From: the human T2T-CHM13v2.0 reference genome, Homo sapiens
NCBI RefSeq assembly: GCF_009914755.1
Contig: NC_060926.1
DNA length: 64,000 nucleotides
Reading direction: 5' to 3' (one strand)
A program made the position numbers and the translations under genes. Below are positions 18,850 to 34,866 of the stretch, in pieces (position 1 is the stretch's first letter; every line of letters starts with the position of its first letter). The notes beneath the pieces are model-generated. The model did not search any database, was not told the origin of the DNA, and saw only the letters and a list, made by a program, of their open reading frames with translations.

Positions 18850-18934
18850 GGAGGCGGAGCTTGCAGTGAGACAAGATCGCACCACTGCACTCCAGTCTGG
18901 GCGACACAGCGAGACTCCGTCTTAAAAAAAAAAA
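18850..18934 (+). mobile_element. Severely 5'-truncated AluY with TSD, inside an L2
   Basis: AluY 3' end with poly(A); TSD ATGCCGCTGGA at 18839-18849 and 18935-18945. Confidence 0.85.
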
Positions 18935-19582
18935 ATGCCGCTGGAAACGCTGGAAATCAATAATTCTGTGTAGACATTTTAAGTTTGAGATACTATGAGA
19001 CATTGAAATGGAGATACCATGGAAGCAGCTGGATATGTGAAGCTGGGGTTCAAAGGGATGGTCTAGACTAGAGTTATCAGATTTAGGATGGCACTTACAT
19101 CTGTAAAATGGATGAGATCACTTAAGCCCTCTTCTCTCTTTCTACTCTTTCCCTAAATAATCTTTATCTAGGAAAAAGTGATGCAAACTATCCTATGACC
19201 ATTTTTTCTTTTTTTGTGTGTGAAGCTGATGGGATTAACAGACAGTAATTAGTGAGTTTTTTCTTAAGCAAAGTCTATGTGTCTGTTCCTAGAGGAAGCC
19301 TTACCTATATATAGAAGAAAGAAGACCTATACAGTGTCTATAGCTACGGTGTTAAGTTTCTTTTTAATAATTATGTGTAAGATTCCTGGTCAAAATCCCT
19401 CTATTTTGGGATTTTGGTGTCACTGTGGTATCTTATTTGTCTTATCGCCGTCACACCCACTGGGCTATGAGTCACACAAAGACTCTTATACTAGTCAAAG
19501 CCCCACAGTAGCATAGGATAGATTGTTTAGAAAGCATGTGAAAATTTTCACTTTCAGGCACAGGGCCAGCAGCTGTGCAATA

Positions 19583-20090
19583 TGTTTCAGTTTTCTATTG
19601 CTGAATAACTAATTACTCTAAAACTTAATAGCTTAAAACAATGAACACTTATTATCTCATACCATTCCTGAGAGTCAGAAACCTGGGAGTGACTTAGTTG
19701 GATGGTTCTCAACTAATGTTGTAGTCAAGATGTCAGTTGAAGCAGTAGTCATCCAAGGGCTTAAATGAGCCTGGAGAATCCACTGTCACATATTTGGTGT
19801 CAGGATACCTCAGGTCCTTGCCACATGGACCTCTCCATTGATCTGCTTGAGTATCCTTACACCACAGCAGTTAGGTTCCCCAATGAGCAATCCATGGGAG
19901 ACAGCAAGGAGGAAGCCACATTGCCTTTAGTATCCTAAGCTTAGATGTCACACACCATTATTTCTGACACATTCTATTTCTTGGAAATGAGTTACTATGT
20001 ATAGCCACACTTAAGAGGGAGATAAATTGGGCTCCATCCTCTGAAGGAAGGAGTATCAAAGAACGTGTGGAAATATTTTAAATCACCGCA
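19583..20090 (-). mobile_element. MLT1 LTR
   Basis: ctattgctg..taac..aaaacttaatagcttaaaacaa motifs. Confidence 0.65.
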
Positions 20091-20576
20091 AGGTAGCACT
20101 TGGTAATACAATTAATAGGGCATGCAAAAAGAGACTTGCCCCTTGGTAATCTGCAATTTCCATTTCTTTGTGATTAAAATAATTAAAATACGGTCTCTGC
20201 CCAAAGAAGACAGTCATTCCAAATTTTGGCAGGCCTTAAGGCACATGACCTACAAAAGACACCATGAGCCGATCCTAGCCTATCTCTCCAACCTTATCTT
20301 TCACAATGCCCCCTTTGTCTTTTATACTACAGCCATCTTGACTACTTGGAGTTCTCCAAATCCACCATATTCTATCCCACTCTGGGCCTTCACTTGTGCT
20401 TAAAATACCTCTACAGCCCACTCTTAGCATGGCTTATTACTATTCATTCTTTGAAATTAGGCGCAGGAACCAGTTTCTTCTGCAAAGCCTTCTCTAGACT
20501 GGGTCAGATACTCATTTTACATGCTTCCACACACCCTCTACACATATTTGCCAAAATATTTATCATTACATTCTAA

Positions 20577-20912
<336 letters not shown>

Positions 20913-21456
20913 ATGAACTTCTTAAGAAGACTACATCATATTCATCTTTGTATTCTCAATGACTAGAATAGTGCCTGGCAAAAGGAGGTTGTTCAATAAA
21001 TGTTTGTATGAATGAATGAAGGAATATCCTAATGAATGAATAAATAGCCTATTTTGAAATTTTGCTCCTGAATAAACTCTTATTCAAGAAAAGGGAAAGT
21101 AACTCTCCTTTGCATCTCTTTTCTGCTACATGCTCCTCTTCCCAACTCAGGTTAATACCAGTGCTACTATTCCATTTCTATTGGTTTAAAGAGGTTTTTT
21201 ATAGGTTCATCCCTATTCGTAACAGTATTTTAAAGTAACATGCATTCTGAATTCTATAAAACCCATACATGAATAAACATTAAACAGAATATAGCTTGGC
21301 GATAAGTTTGTAAACTCATACACTTAAACAAATATATAATAATAGATTTATAATTTCCTATGTTGTTTCCAACTACAGATTTGAATGTTTCTTATTAAAT
21401 TTAAGCTGTAGGACTTTGGAAACAAATTGGCAACCCAGGTTCACATGTTGAACATC

Positions 21457-22036
21457 TCTATTAGTCAGGGGTTTTCCAGAGAAACAGAACCAAGAGGGTG
21501 TGTGTGTATGTGTGAGTTTATTTGGGAGAATTAGCTCACACTATTACAAGGCGAAGTCCCACAATAGTCTGTCTGCAAACTGAGGAAGACAGAAACCCGT
21601 AGTGTTCAGTCGGAGTCCAAAAGCCTCAAAACCAGGGAAGCTCACAGTGCAGCCTTCAGTCTGTGGCCAAAGGCCCGAGAGCCCCCAGCAAGCTGCTGGT
21701 GCAAGTCCCAGAGTCTAATGACGGAAGAACCTGGAATCTGATGTCCAAGGGCAGGAAAAGCAGAAGGAAGCATCTGGCACCAATAAATAAGGAAGCCAGA
21801 AGGCTCAGCAAGCAAGATTAGCCTACCTTCTTCTACCTGCTTTGTTCTAGCTGTGCCGGCAGCCGACTGGATGGTGCCCACCCACCTTGAGGGTGGGTCT
21901 TCTTCTCCCAGACCACTGACTCAAATGTCTGTCTCCTCTGGTGACACCCTCACAGACACACCCAGAAACGACACTTTACCAGCCATCTAGGCATCCTTCA
22001 ATCCCATCAAGTTGACATCTAATATTAACCATCACA
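21457..22036 (-). mobile_element. MLT2 (ERVL) LTR
   Basis: tattagtcaggg..ccagagaaacagaacc, a (GT)n run, and an end of caagttgacatctaatattaaccatcaca. Confidence 0.8.
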
Positions 22037-23717
22037 ACATCCTCCCTCTCCTAATTCCCCAAAATGCAACCAATATAAAGGAGAAATTCTATACCACTGG
22101 TCTTACCCACATAACTGAATTTTCAAGAGATTTCAAAAGAAAATAGAACAATTGAGAGTACAGTGAGGATAGGTAACACTTGGTCACCATGCACAAGGAC
22201 AAAGCCCACCATGAGAAGTAAGTAAAGGAATTTATGCTGACGTCAGAGCTTGATGAACATTTCCGAGACTGCACTGAAGATATGCCAAAGAAACAACTAA
22301 AATAAATCCTACACCAGCTTGAACCTCTAACCTACTGACACATACTACAAGGAAAAAACACGATGTGGCCCAAACACAGCCCAGATACAAAGGCTATAGG
22401 AGGATAGACAGCCTGTGAAGGTGTTAGCACTTGCCAGGTAGCTTGCTGGAAATCTGACTGCCACCTCTGAGCTGCAATATAACAAAAGAGATTTCTCAAA
22501 CACAAGTGATTCACTGGTCAAAGACTTGCCTTCCTCTGCCAATGGCTTTGTCCCTAACTTGCACAAACCTTTAGATCTCTACACTGCCAAAGAAAAACAT
22601 TACAATAAATCCAAAGGTTTTTCTTCCCTTGTTACTAAGGACTGAATTGAAAAATACACAATTTGGTAATATATATATATTCTGAGAACTGATGTCTGTG
22701 CCATTTAGACATAATGTGATTTTGATAAATTATATATGTGACATACAGGTATGTGAAAAAAGCATGTAATAAGACAATGCTGCTAATTCAAATTTCATTT
22801 TATAAAATGTGAGTATATATGTTCAGGAAAAAAGTCTGTGTCGCCAGATCAATGACTGCCAGAGGCTGGGAACAGGAGATAGAACTTAGAGCAAAGGGGC
22901 ATGAGGGAAATTTTGGGAGTGATGGAAATGTTCCATATCTTGATTTGAGTGGTAGTTATGCAGCTATACTTTTTAAAAGGTGAATTTTACTGAATGCAAA
23001 TTTTATTTCAATAAGGCTGATGCCTCCTTCATTAAAAAAAAACTCTGCATGGCTATATACCAAAACAGTAATAGTAACTTCCTTTGGTAGTTTAGATTTA
23101 TTATTCAAAAAAGATTCACTCCCTTCCCCTTCCTGTCTCAATTTAATGGAAGTCTACTTCTCTGTTCCATTATTGTTGTTGGGGTTGGCCATGTGGTTGC
23201 TTTAGACTGATGGAAGGCCAAGTATACTTCCTTCTCCATTGACTTTGGGTTACGCTGTGTTTTTGCATGCTCAGGCTTGCTCTCTTGCATCTCTATCAAT
23301 ACCATGTGAAAAGTTTCCCCATGTGGCTGCTTCATCCTGAACCTCAGAATGTATACACATGGAGCGGATCAGAATCCTCTCCACAACAATAAGCAAACCC
23401 AGCCAGTCCTACAGCTTGAAGAAAAGCTGCCCAGCTGATTCCAGCCTAGATCAGCCAACCCCCAGATGCATGAGAAGTAAACATGTTTTTTTTGCATGCC
23501 ACTAGATTGTGTGGTTGTGTATTATGTTGCATTATTATGACAATAATAACCAATATACAATCTCTGGGTAAGAAAGTGATAGCGATTTTTAACCTCCTTT
23601 TTGTACTTTTTCTACTGACTAATTATTTTAGCATGTATTACTTTTATAATTAGAAAAAAGCTACATCCATTATGAGAAAACGAGAAAGGTACAAAAAGGT
23701 ATTTTATGTATACATAC

Positions 23718-23911
23718 TGTTTTAGATGATCTTTGGCAAGAGCCACCCTTTCTCTGTGTCGTTTTTCTGCTTTTTCTTGTTCTTCTTTAAAAGCTTTTTC
23801 AATGTTGAGTTTCAACTGTTCCTCCCATTTTTTATCTGATTTTATCTTACTCTTTCGGAATTCAATCTGGGCATCACGTTCTTTCATAACTCTACTAAGA
23901 AGAAGTCCCGA
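23718..23911 (-). CDS. CFAP210: CFAP210 coding exon 4 (SGLLLSRVMKERDAQIEFRK...LAKDHLKQ)
   Basis: cttttgtag acceptor and CA|gtatgt donor; 194 nt, phase 2; trichohyalin-plectin-homology-like coiled coil. Confidence 0.93.
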
Positions 23912-24008
23912 CTACAAAAGAAAAATTATAGTACTTTAAGGAAATGATGCCTAATTATGTACAGATATGTTAAAGATATATAAAAATACAAGAAAACTCA
24001 AGTAGTAC

Positions 24009-24182
24009 ATGAAAGTTTTTCACTCTTTCTGTCTGGTAAAATTGATATTGCTTTGCATTTTCAATGGCCTTTTTTCTTTTTCCTTGTTTGTATATTTCTT
24101 CTTCCAGATCAAGAATTTGTCTTTCTGCCTCTATTTCTTCATCACGCTTCTTTTTGGCTTCAAGTTTCTGTTCTTTCATCCC
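24009..24182 (-). CDS. CFAP210: CFAP210 coding exon 3 (GMKEQKLEAKKKRDEEIEAE...ERVKNFH)
   Basis: ttttacag acceptor and CAT|gtacta donor; 174 nt (58 codons); E/K/R-rich coiled coil, lies in ORF 23970..24200. Confidence 0.93.
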
Positions 24183-24423
24183 CTGTAAAAAGACAAACAC
24201 AATCTTTTGTTTTCATTTTTCAATTTAATTTTACTACAGTTTAACGTAATAATATGATAATTTGAGCTTTTATGTTTTTATTGTATTTGTAATATTTTAT
24301 TAATAAATAAAATATGAGGCTACACTTACGAGCTTATTTTTTAGACCGACCTTTTTAGGTAGATAACACATTTACATGGTTCAAAATCCCAAAATATTAT
24401 AGAGGTATATGAACTTCTCCTTT

Positions 24424-24849
24424 TGTATTAATCTGTTCTCACATTTCTATAAAGAAATACCAGAGACTGGGTAATTTATAAAGAAAAAAGATTTAATTAG
24501 CTCACAGTTCTGTAGGCTGTACAGGAAGGATGATGCTGGCATCTGCTCAGCTTCTGGAGAGGCCTTAGGAAACTTACAATTGTGGCGGAAGGCAAAGGGG
24601 GAGCAGGCATGTCATGGCCAGAGCAGAAACAAGAAAGTGAAGGCAGGAGGTGCTACACACTTTTAAATGACCACATCTCACGAGAACACAGTCACTATTT
24701 CGAGGACAGTACCAATGGGGATGGTGCTAAACCATTCATGAGAAATCTGCCCCCATGATCCACTCACCTCCCAGCAGGCCCCACCTCCAACACTGGGAAT
24801 TACATTTCAATATGATATCTGAATGGAGACACACATCCAAACTCTATCA
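24424..24849 (-). mobile_element. MST solo LTR
   Basis: tgtattaatctgttctcaca...catccaaactctatca. Confidence 0.8.
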
Positions 24850-26389
24850 CCTTCCAACCCATCTGCAATCTCCTCTCATTCTAAGATAACCACTATTAGT
24901 TTCTTTTGTCTACTTCCAAAGTTCCTCTCCACAGTTACACAATAAATATATATCTCACTCCTTTTGCTCCTTTAAAAAACCAACAGTTGTATATTTTATA
25001 TGCTCTTCTATAACTCTGAGGCCTTCACTCCTCATGTCATATGAGGTCTTCCTTTTCCTTATTGGTCCTATTTCCTATGTCCTAAGAAAACCTTGTTTAC
25101 TCTGATATCCTGAAGATATTCTATTATTTATGTTAAAAGTTTTAGTGTTTTGCCATTTAAATTTAGGTGTTTCGTCTGGCTGAAATCCATTTTTCTGCAT
25201 TCTGTACTATTGAGATGTAATTTAATCTCTTTCATATGCCAATTATCCCAGTATCAGTTGTTGAATTCCCACCCTTTCCTTTCCTATTTGCAATGAAATT
25301 TTTGTTATATGTCAAGTTCCTATATATAACATGGGTTTGTTTCTAGGTTCTCTCTTCTGACCTATTATTTTGTCATTCTCCGTGTCTATATCATAGTTTT
25401 TACTACTATGGGTTTATAGACAGTCTTGCTGGTAAGATGAATCATCATTTATTATTCATCTTTAATACCAATGGAGAGTTAAAGCGTTACATGTGCTACT
25501 TCTGTGTTACAAAAAAAAAAAAAAGGATATATCCCCATCCCCTATCCCTTTATGTACCAGGGACCTTTTTAAAATCAAGTTTTCTATATTATAATTTACA
25601 TGTGCCCTTATAGTGTAGAGTTTACAAATGCATACAGTCACTTACAAAATAGTTCCATCCTCCCAAAAAATCCCATCATGTCTTATAGTCAACCACTCCC
25701 CCACCTGTAGGCCCTGGCAACCACTGATCTGTTTTCTCTCCCTATAGTTTTGCCTTTTTCAGAATGTCGTATGTTACATATATTAGTCCATCATATAATT
25801 CTTCCCTCTTTGAGAAAAGAAAGAATTAATAAATTATGACCATTGTTCCTAAAGCGAGGTACTATAAGTTTTCTATGTCCTTTCCCAAAGATAAATAATG
25901 TATACTGCAACAAAGTAAGGAAACAGGCAATGTTAAAAAGAAAAAAAAACAAGTGAGAACTCTCCAGACTGAGTTTATGCCTATCTGTAGTTTTAATAAT
26001 TCTACCATAAAACAAAAATAACCCTGCCTCTCAGTGCCTCAAACAATGGAGGAAAGTAGGGTGGAGGGAGGGATTACCTTTTCCCAGCATTTCTCCCCAG
26101 GCGAGATAATAAAAGGAGTCAGGGGACACCTCCCCATTTCAAAGAAGTTTCCCATTCATGCATAAGGAGCTAAACTGGGCTACTATAACCTTCAGGTAGA
26201 GGGAGGCCAGCAGATGCACAGAGAGGAGCACAGCAAAAGCACTATGCAGTTCCAGAGAGAGGAAGAGGCAGGCAAGACAGACAAATCAGAGGCAAATGAC
26301 GAGAAGCTGCCTTGGTTCTTCACAGTTTCGAGTACTCTGGCTTTCTGCGCAACCCTGCGTCATAACAATAAACAGCACGACTCTGATAC

Positions 26390-30025
<3,636 letters not shown>

Positions 30026-30151
30026 AAATATGTTTCGATGCATTTTTATGAAATTTTACATGTAAAAAAATTTATAAAAAGAAGCATAAGAGTACTAAGA
30101 AACAAGAGTAAGTCTTCAGTGCATGTGTACTCCTGGATGGTTAATACTTAC

Positions 30152-30378
30152 TGCATATGTATTAGTCCAGTGTTTTACCACTTCTTGAGATCGCAAATGC
30201 ATTTCTTTCTTTGCCTTTCTTTCTGCACGGAGGCATGCTGCTTCTCTTGTCAACCTGTCAAGGCTATCTTGAATCCTTTTCCACTCATCGTGTGGAATTA
30301 TGGTGACCTGCTGGAGATCTACTTTGCTAGGTAGAAGAGGCAGATAGAGAACTTGATCTTCTTCAGAGTTTCTTATTT
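30152..30378 (-). CDS. CFAP210: CFAP210 coding exon 2 (EIRNSEEDQVLYLPLLPSKVDLQQVTIIPHDEWKRIQDSL...HWTNTYA)
   Basis: tttattag acceptor and GCA|gtaagt donor; 227 nt, so exons 1+2 give 294 nt (98 codons) in an open frame. Confidence 0.93.
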
Positions 30379-33300
30379 CTAATAAATTGTAAAAAATGAT
30401 TATTAAAGACTTACGGGAACAGTTTAAGTGATATTCGTCTGAGAAGTTCCGATATTGGCATGATAACTGGAAATTATTTCAAATACTTAATTTACTCTTG
30501 TTATCCTAAGAACAGCTATGATTAAGTGAAAAAAAAAATACAAAGCCTTGAAATCAGAAGGCATATATTTGAGTCCTTGCTTAATCACTTCCTTACTGTG
30601 TAAACTTGGGCAAGTCATTTAACTTTTTGGAATCTCAGTATCCTCATCTTTAAAATAGAGATCTCCTAGTAATACCCATCCCAACAGCTTGTTATAAAAG
30701 TATTTTTCAAAGTTAACAAAGTGGCAGTTTATAAATGGATAACTTTGTGGGTGGGTGTTCATCTTTTGGGGCTGTAGGCACTATGACTGACTCTACTCAA
30801 CCTCTTCCCACTGAGCAGCAGCAACATAATTTGGAGAACTCACTATAGTCCCAGGGTGGGCCTAATTGGTTTAAGAACACTTGTATCTCCATTGTCAATC
30901 ATTATTTCTTTAAAAAGCAAAGAAACAGGACAAAAGGTTTACTTGCAACTTTTAGAAAAGTTCTTCCTTGTTCTTCTGGGAGAGACATCCAAAAGACTCT
31001 CAAGCTAAGTTTGAACAAGGAAGAAAGACAGACAAACAGCTATGACCACAAGAGAAACCAGCCTTGAATGAAGTTATTATTGCAAAGAAGCTGTTACTGC
31101 AAAGAAGAAACAATGGGAGAATCTGAGGCAATGATGATCTCTTTATTCTGCTAATCAACTCAACCTGAAGCCTGGAGTTCCTGTTATAAAGTTAAAAAAT
31201 GTCCTTATTTTTGAAGATGATTGAGTTAGGTGTTCCGTTATATGAATTTAAAGCATCCTAAATGAAACAGTGGAACTCATAACAGATCTCCTTGGAAAAA
31301 CGGTCCTACCCTTTTAATCGATCAAGGTTCTTAATTACTAACAGCCAAACTTACTCTAACTAATTTAGGCAGAAAAGGAATTAATTAAGGGGCATTAAGT
31401 AATGGACTCAATCTCCTAGAGAGCCATAGTCATCCTTATAAGCTATATATGCAAGACATCATACAAACCACATCATGAGGTTCCAGTGAGGGCCCATGGC
31501 AACCGGCTTTGTGTAGGCATCTCAACTTGCCCCATTTACAACTTGCCCCACTGGATACCATTTACTTGAATACTTGAATCTTCGCCACTGTTGCCTCTGA
31601 AATTGGTACTCTGTTGTTGCCATTTTCTATACACACACACACACACACAAACTGATTCAACATGCTGTTTGTTTCCTTATATTGCTCTCTTCAGAATATA
31701 AATCTGGCATATGTAAAATTGATTGGCTGAGTCTTTGTCCCATGCTTGCACTCTAACTGTAAGGGTGGCTGAAAAAGTGAATTCTGCCTTCTATCTTAAG
31801 GAGGTAAGACATCAAAGGAAGGAAATTCACCAAAATAGGAAAGGCATTTGAACAACGATGGGTGGCCACAGGCATAACAAAGGTAGGACAGCAGAGTGGG
31901 TAAGAGTGTGGATTCTGGAGTCAGACTACCTGAACTTTTTCTGAACATACCATATATTAACTATATGAATCTAGATAAAATTATTTTACCCTTCTGAATC
32001 TGTTTCCTTAATTGCAAAATGGGGTCATTAACAGTATCTACTGTACGTAAAGAATTTAAGACTAGCGCCTGGTACATAATATGTTCTCAACAAATATTAG
32101 CTATTATTATTTTTACTATTAGTATGAGGAGAAGAATGAAACAAGTAGAGAGAAAGGCAGAAGCAAGAAAATTACGTGGTTCCAGAAAGAGAAAGATACT
32201 GAAAGAAAAGCCTTTAGGACCAAATAAAGTCTTCTTGGGGTTTAAATTAAGGCAGGTAGAGGTGAGAACTTGGTGACTAAACTAAAGTGTGAGTTTACAA
32301 CCACAGGCACTATCTTGCCTACCACATACCAAACCTCTGCACGCAAAATAAAGCCAAACAAAGCTGATTTTATCATGAATCTTTAGTTGCAAAGAGTATC
32401 ATCATGACTCTTTAGTTGCAAATGACTAATCTAACTCACAGCAGTTACAATAAAAAGAAGAATACTGTGTCTCCCGTATCTGGGGATTGTGGTGTAACTT
32501 GATTCAGAACACTGTTCTACTTAAGAGTCATGACCAATACATCCTTACAGCCTTGTAACAAATTTCCTTTATTTTGCCTAAACCAGCTCAGCTTGGCTTT
32601 TGTTACCTGCAATCAGAAGCTAACCAAACAACGGTCTCTAAGTTAAACCATCTGCCTTTTGATTAACAAATTGCTAGGCATGTTAATATCTTTGTCTGAC
32701 CCAAGAGTCATTCTAAACTTAATTCGCTAAAATTCTAAAGAGGGTCAGTATAGCACATGGCCTATTCTGGCAGGAGCTGCTCTCCACAAAGTATACAGTG
32801 GTAAGTGGGCCTTGGCAGCGGTGGCAGGAGAGCAGGATGTTAGAAAGCTATGCAGTGCAAAGTGTGATCCCTCCTGTTTGACATCTCAAATCTTTAGTAG
32901 AGTTAACTGTTCACAGGATGTTTTATTCAAATAGATCTTTTCATGGACTCTGACACAGGAACAAACAAAGAGAACAGCCACAAATGTGGGAATAGAGTTG
33001 GGTAACCACAAAGAAAAAAAAAGCCCACAGAAAGCTTGGGAAAGGCTTTTTACTATCTCAGGCCACTGAAGTTGGGGCAAGTTCCCCATATCTTTGGAGA
33101 TCAGGAGAGCCCTGGTTGAGAACAGAGCTATAGATGATTTCATATATCCCCACTTTAATCCACTGGTTGATGTAAAATTTAGCTCTTAGAGGGCAATCTT
33201 ACTTCCAAGATTCCTACCCCACAGTAGCTCTCATACAATGTCAGTAGAGGCTGTTAGAGAAGTTGAAGAAGGGCAGGCCACAGTTGAATGAAGGGACATG

Positions 33301-34866
33301 AAAGACAGAGACAGATGGACAGAGAGAGAATATAAATAGGCAGACTCGCAAGCAGGAGAGAGGGGACAAAAGCAGTGGCAAGTTACCTAAAAGTGTCTAA
33401 AATCAGTCCATGTACCTGCCATATTGACACATTTTCCATGGATTAGATCATCTTTTTATTGAGTTATAATATACATAAAAATCCACCACTGTAAACAGTA
33501 GCATTCAATGGTTTTTACTCTATTGTCAAAGCTGGGCAACTATCACTACTATCTAATTCAGAACACTTTCATCATTCCAGAAGGAAACTCTGTATGCATT
33601 AGCAGTCCTCTCCTCCTCATAGCTCCTGGCAACCACTAATCTACTTTCTGGCTCTACGGATTTGCCCATTGGAGACATTTCATGTGCATGGAATCATACA
33701 ATATGTGGCATTTTATATCTGGCTTCTTTCACTCAAATAATGTTTTCAAGGTTCATTCACATTGTAGAATGTGTCAATACTTGATTCCTTTTCGTTGTTG
33801 TTGTTGTTGTTGTTGTTGTTGAGATGAGTCTGTCTCCATCGCCCAGGGTGGAAAGCTGTGGCACAATCTCGGTTCACTGCAACCTCCATCTCCCGGGTTC
33901 AAGCAATTCTCCTGCCTAGCCTCCCAAGTAGCTGGGACTACAGTCATGCACCACCATGCCCAGCTAATTTTTTTTGTATTTTTAGTAGACATGGAGTTTC
34001 ACTGTGTTGGCCAGGCTGGTCTCAAACTCCTGGCCTCAAGTGATCCACCTGCCTTGGCCTCCCAAAGTGCTGAGATTACAGGTGTGAGCAACCATGCCTG
34101 GCCCTAATTCCTTTTTATGGCTGAGTAATATTCCATTCTATAGAAGTAGCACATTTTGTTTATCCATTCATCAGTTGATGGATATTAGGGGTGTTTCCAC
34201 CATTTGACTATTATGAATAATTCTGTTATGAACATTCACAGGTTTCTGTGTGGACACATGTTTTTCATTATCTTTGGTATATGCTTAGGAACAGAATTAT
34301 AACTCCATATTTAACATTTTGAGAAAGTACCAAATTGTTTTTCAAAGTAGCTGTACTATTTTACATTTCCACTAACAACATATGAAGGTTTCAATTTCTC
34401 CACATCCTTCCCAACAGTTATTACTGTCCCTTTATTTTTTCACTCATCCTAGTGGGTGGGAAGTAGTATCTCACTGTAGTGTTGATTTGTATTTCTATAA
34501 TAGCTAATGAAGTTGAGCATCTTTTCATGTGCTTATTGGCTATTTATACATCTTGTTTGGAGAAATATCAGTTCAAATCATTTGTCCCTTTTTAAAAATG
34601 GGCTGTCTTTTTATTGTTGAGTTGTAAGAATTCTTTATAATCTGGATTATAGATCCTTAGCATATATATAATTTACAAATATCTTCTCCCATTCGGTGGA
34701 TGTATTTGCACTTTTTGATAGTGTTCTTTGATGTATTAATACTAAAGTTTTTAATTTTGAGGAAGGCCAAATCTGTTTTTCTTGGGTTGATTGTGCTTTT
34801 GGTGTCATATCTAAGAAATTGTTGCCTAATCCAAGATAATAAAGATGTATGTATAAGTTTTCTTCT

